Positions 38,134 through 39,479 of a stretch of 39,479 nucleotides of DNA are shown here, piece by piece (the stretch's first letter is position 1; each line of letters opens with the position of its first letter). The translations under genes and the position numbers were made by a program. Source of the DNA: Coleofasciculus sp. B1-GNL1-01 (lineage in GTDB: Bacteria > Cyanobacteriota > Cyanobacteriia > Cyanobacteriales > Coleofasciculaceae); assembly GCA_040220235.1 (NCBI GenBank), contig JAVJTO010000027.1; one strand, 5' to 3'. The notes under the pieces are model-generated. The model was not told the DNA's origin. It saw only the letters and a program-made list of their open reading frames with translations, and made no database searches.

Positions 38134-39246
38134 ATGACTCATCCTCTCTCCCCGTTTCCCTCCCTCGGTGATATTCTTAACCAATGGATCGCCGGAAAAT
38201 CACCCAATTCATCGGCTTGGCAAAAATTAGTCGCGGCGGAATTAACACCGCCAGAACGGGCGAAAGCATTTGGAATTACGGCAGATAACGTAGCCGAAAA
38301 ATTACAGGCGCGATCGCGTCTTTTTGAATCCGTTTATACTGATGTTTTGGCTTTACCTTCCTTTGCCCAGAAAATTGAGAAAAATCCAGAACATTCAGAG
38401 TCGATTAAAACGAATATCATTCTATCTCTGTGGCGATTATGGATTCCGTTGGCAATACAGTTGGCAGACTATCGACAACAGTTATATCGTCCACTAATTC
38501 AGGGAATATTAGGCGGACAGGGAACGGGAAAAACTACATTGGCGGTTGTATTGAAATTAATTTTAGCCCAGTTAGGATATCGTACCCTTAGCCTTTCCAT
38601 TGATGACCTGTATAAAACCTATCAAGAACGACAACGCCTGCGAGAACAAGACCCGCGTCTGATTTGGCGGGGTCCACCGGGAACCCATGATGTGGAGTTG
38701 GGAGTGCAGGTATTAGATGAGTTGCGATCGCAGAATTCCTCAGACTCTATTCTCGTTCCCCGCTTTGATAAATCAGCGTGGCAAGGTGCAGGCGATCGCA
38801 CGGATTTTGAACCTGTACAAAAGGCGGATATTGTGTTATTTGAAGGCTGGTTTGTCGGTGTGCGTCCCGTGGCGGTGACTGTGTTTTCGGGGGCGACTCC
38901 AGCACCTATTGAAACCGAGAGCGATCGCGCTTTTGCACGGGATATGAATGAACAACTTAAACAGTATTTACCCTTATGGGAACGCTTAGACCGTTTAATC
39001 GTACTTTACCCCACCGATTATCGCCTAAGTTTGCAGTGGCGGCGTCAAGCGGAGGCGGAAATGATCGCGACGGGTAAATCGGGGATGAGTGATTCAGAAA
39101 TTAATGAGTTTGTCAAGTATTTTTGGAAAGCATTGCATCCAGAGTTATTTATTACGCCATTAATTCACAATCCCAATTGGGTAGATTTAGTCATTGAAAT
39201 TAATTCCGATCATACACCGGATCGGGTTTATTATCCTGGGGAATAG
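38134..39246 (+). CDS. glyK: D-glycerate 3-kinase (plant GLYK type)
   Basis: Walker A GGQGTGKT, LSIDDLY, RGPPGTHD, VPRFDKS..GAGDR, LFEGWFVG, WRRQAE; ATG at 38134 preferred because the GTG extension lies in a REP. Confidence 0.9.
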   Translation: MTHPLSPFPSLGDILNQWIAGKSPNSSAWQKLVAAELTPPERAKAFGITADNVAEKLQARSRLFESVYTDVLALPSFAQKIEKNPEHSESIKTNIILSLWRLWIPLAIQLADYRQQLYRPLIQGILGGQGTGKTTLAVVLKLILAQLGYRTLSLSIDDLYKTYQERQRLREQDPRLIWRGPPGTHDVELGVQVLDELRSQNSSDSILVPRFDKSAWQGAGDRTDFEPVQKADIVLFEGWFVGVRPVAVTVFSGATPAPIETESDRAFARDMNEQLKQYLPLWERLDRLIVLYPTDYRLSLQWRRQAEAEMIATGKSGMSDSEINEFVKYFWKALHPELFITPLIHNPNWVDLVIEINSDHTPDRVYYPGE

Positions 39247-39258
39247 CTTGGATACTTA

Positions 39259-39472
39259 GGGCTTGCTGCATAAGTGTGTAAGGTAGACTAGATAAGGCTT
39301 TCAAGCCATTTTTTGACCCAACAAGTGCAAGGTTTTTACACTACCACTCTCTTGCATCCTGGAATTTTTGCCAACCTCAGCGCCGAATTTTCCCTCGACA
39401 GAGGGTTGAAACCATTGCCCATTGCCTATTGCCTATTGCCTCTCCCCACCACAAGAGTTATTCAGCAGACCC
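39259..39472. mobile_element. 214-bp MITE related to the IS5-family element, with TACTTA target duplication
   Basis: GGGCTTGCTGCATAA...TTATTCAGCAGACCC flanked by TACTTA at 39253-39258 and 39473-39478; internal (ATTGCC(C/T))n tract at ~39414-39441. Confidence 0.88.
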
Positions 39473-39479
39473 TACTTAT

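Overview
Chromosomal window from a filamentous cyanobacterium. Evidence: dense HIP1 GCGATCGC sites, 7-bp STRR-type tandem repeats, crtB/pds, sigG, ycf20 and a plant-type glycerate kinase; the repeat style suggests an Oscillatoriales/Coleofasciculus-like genome (inference). Core genes: two CPA2 cation:proton antiporters, an envelope-stress block (M23 peptidase, ComFB/CdgR-like, L,D-transpeptidase, sigG, anti-sigma), GGCT, DUF2993, ExbB/TolQ, crtB-pds, galT divergent from a Halothermothrix-type sucrose-phosphate synthase, ABC1 kinase, ArnT-like glycosyltransferase, ycf20 and GLYK. These are interleaved with mobile DNA: a decayed tnpB, two ISL3 remnants, an IS5-family remnant and its MITE, TA-targeting MITEs, REPIN-like units and solo PD-(D/E)xK nuclease genes. 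The most striking item is a ~510-bp IS200/IS605-type cassette (849-1361). It has both end hairpins, an unannotated 48-aa ribbon-helix-helix gene and a highly structured omega-RNA-like region, but no tnpA or tnpB. Other highlights: an XRE/small-protein switch with twin operators, a candidate intragenic antitoxin in an Rpn gene, a nuclease-transposase in-frame fusion later split by a MITE, and a palindromic repeat translated in frame inside the ArnT-like gene. All calls are by eye from sequence motifs; no searches were run.
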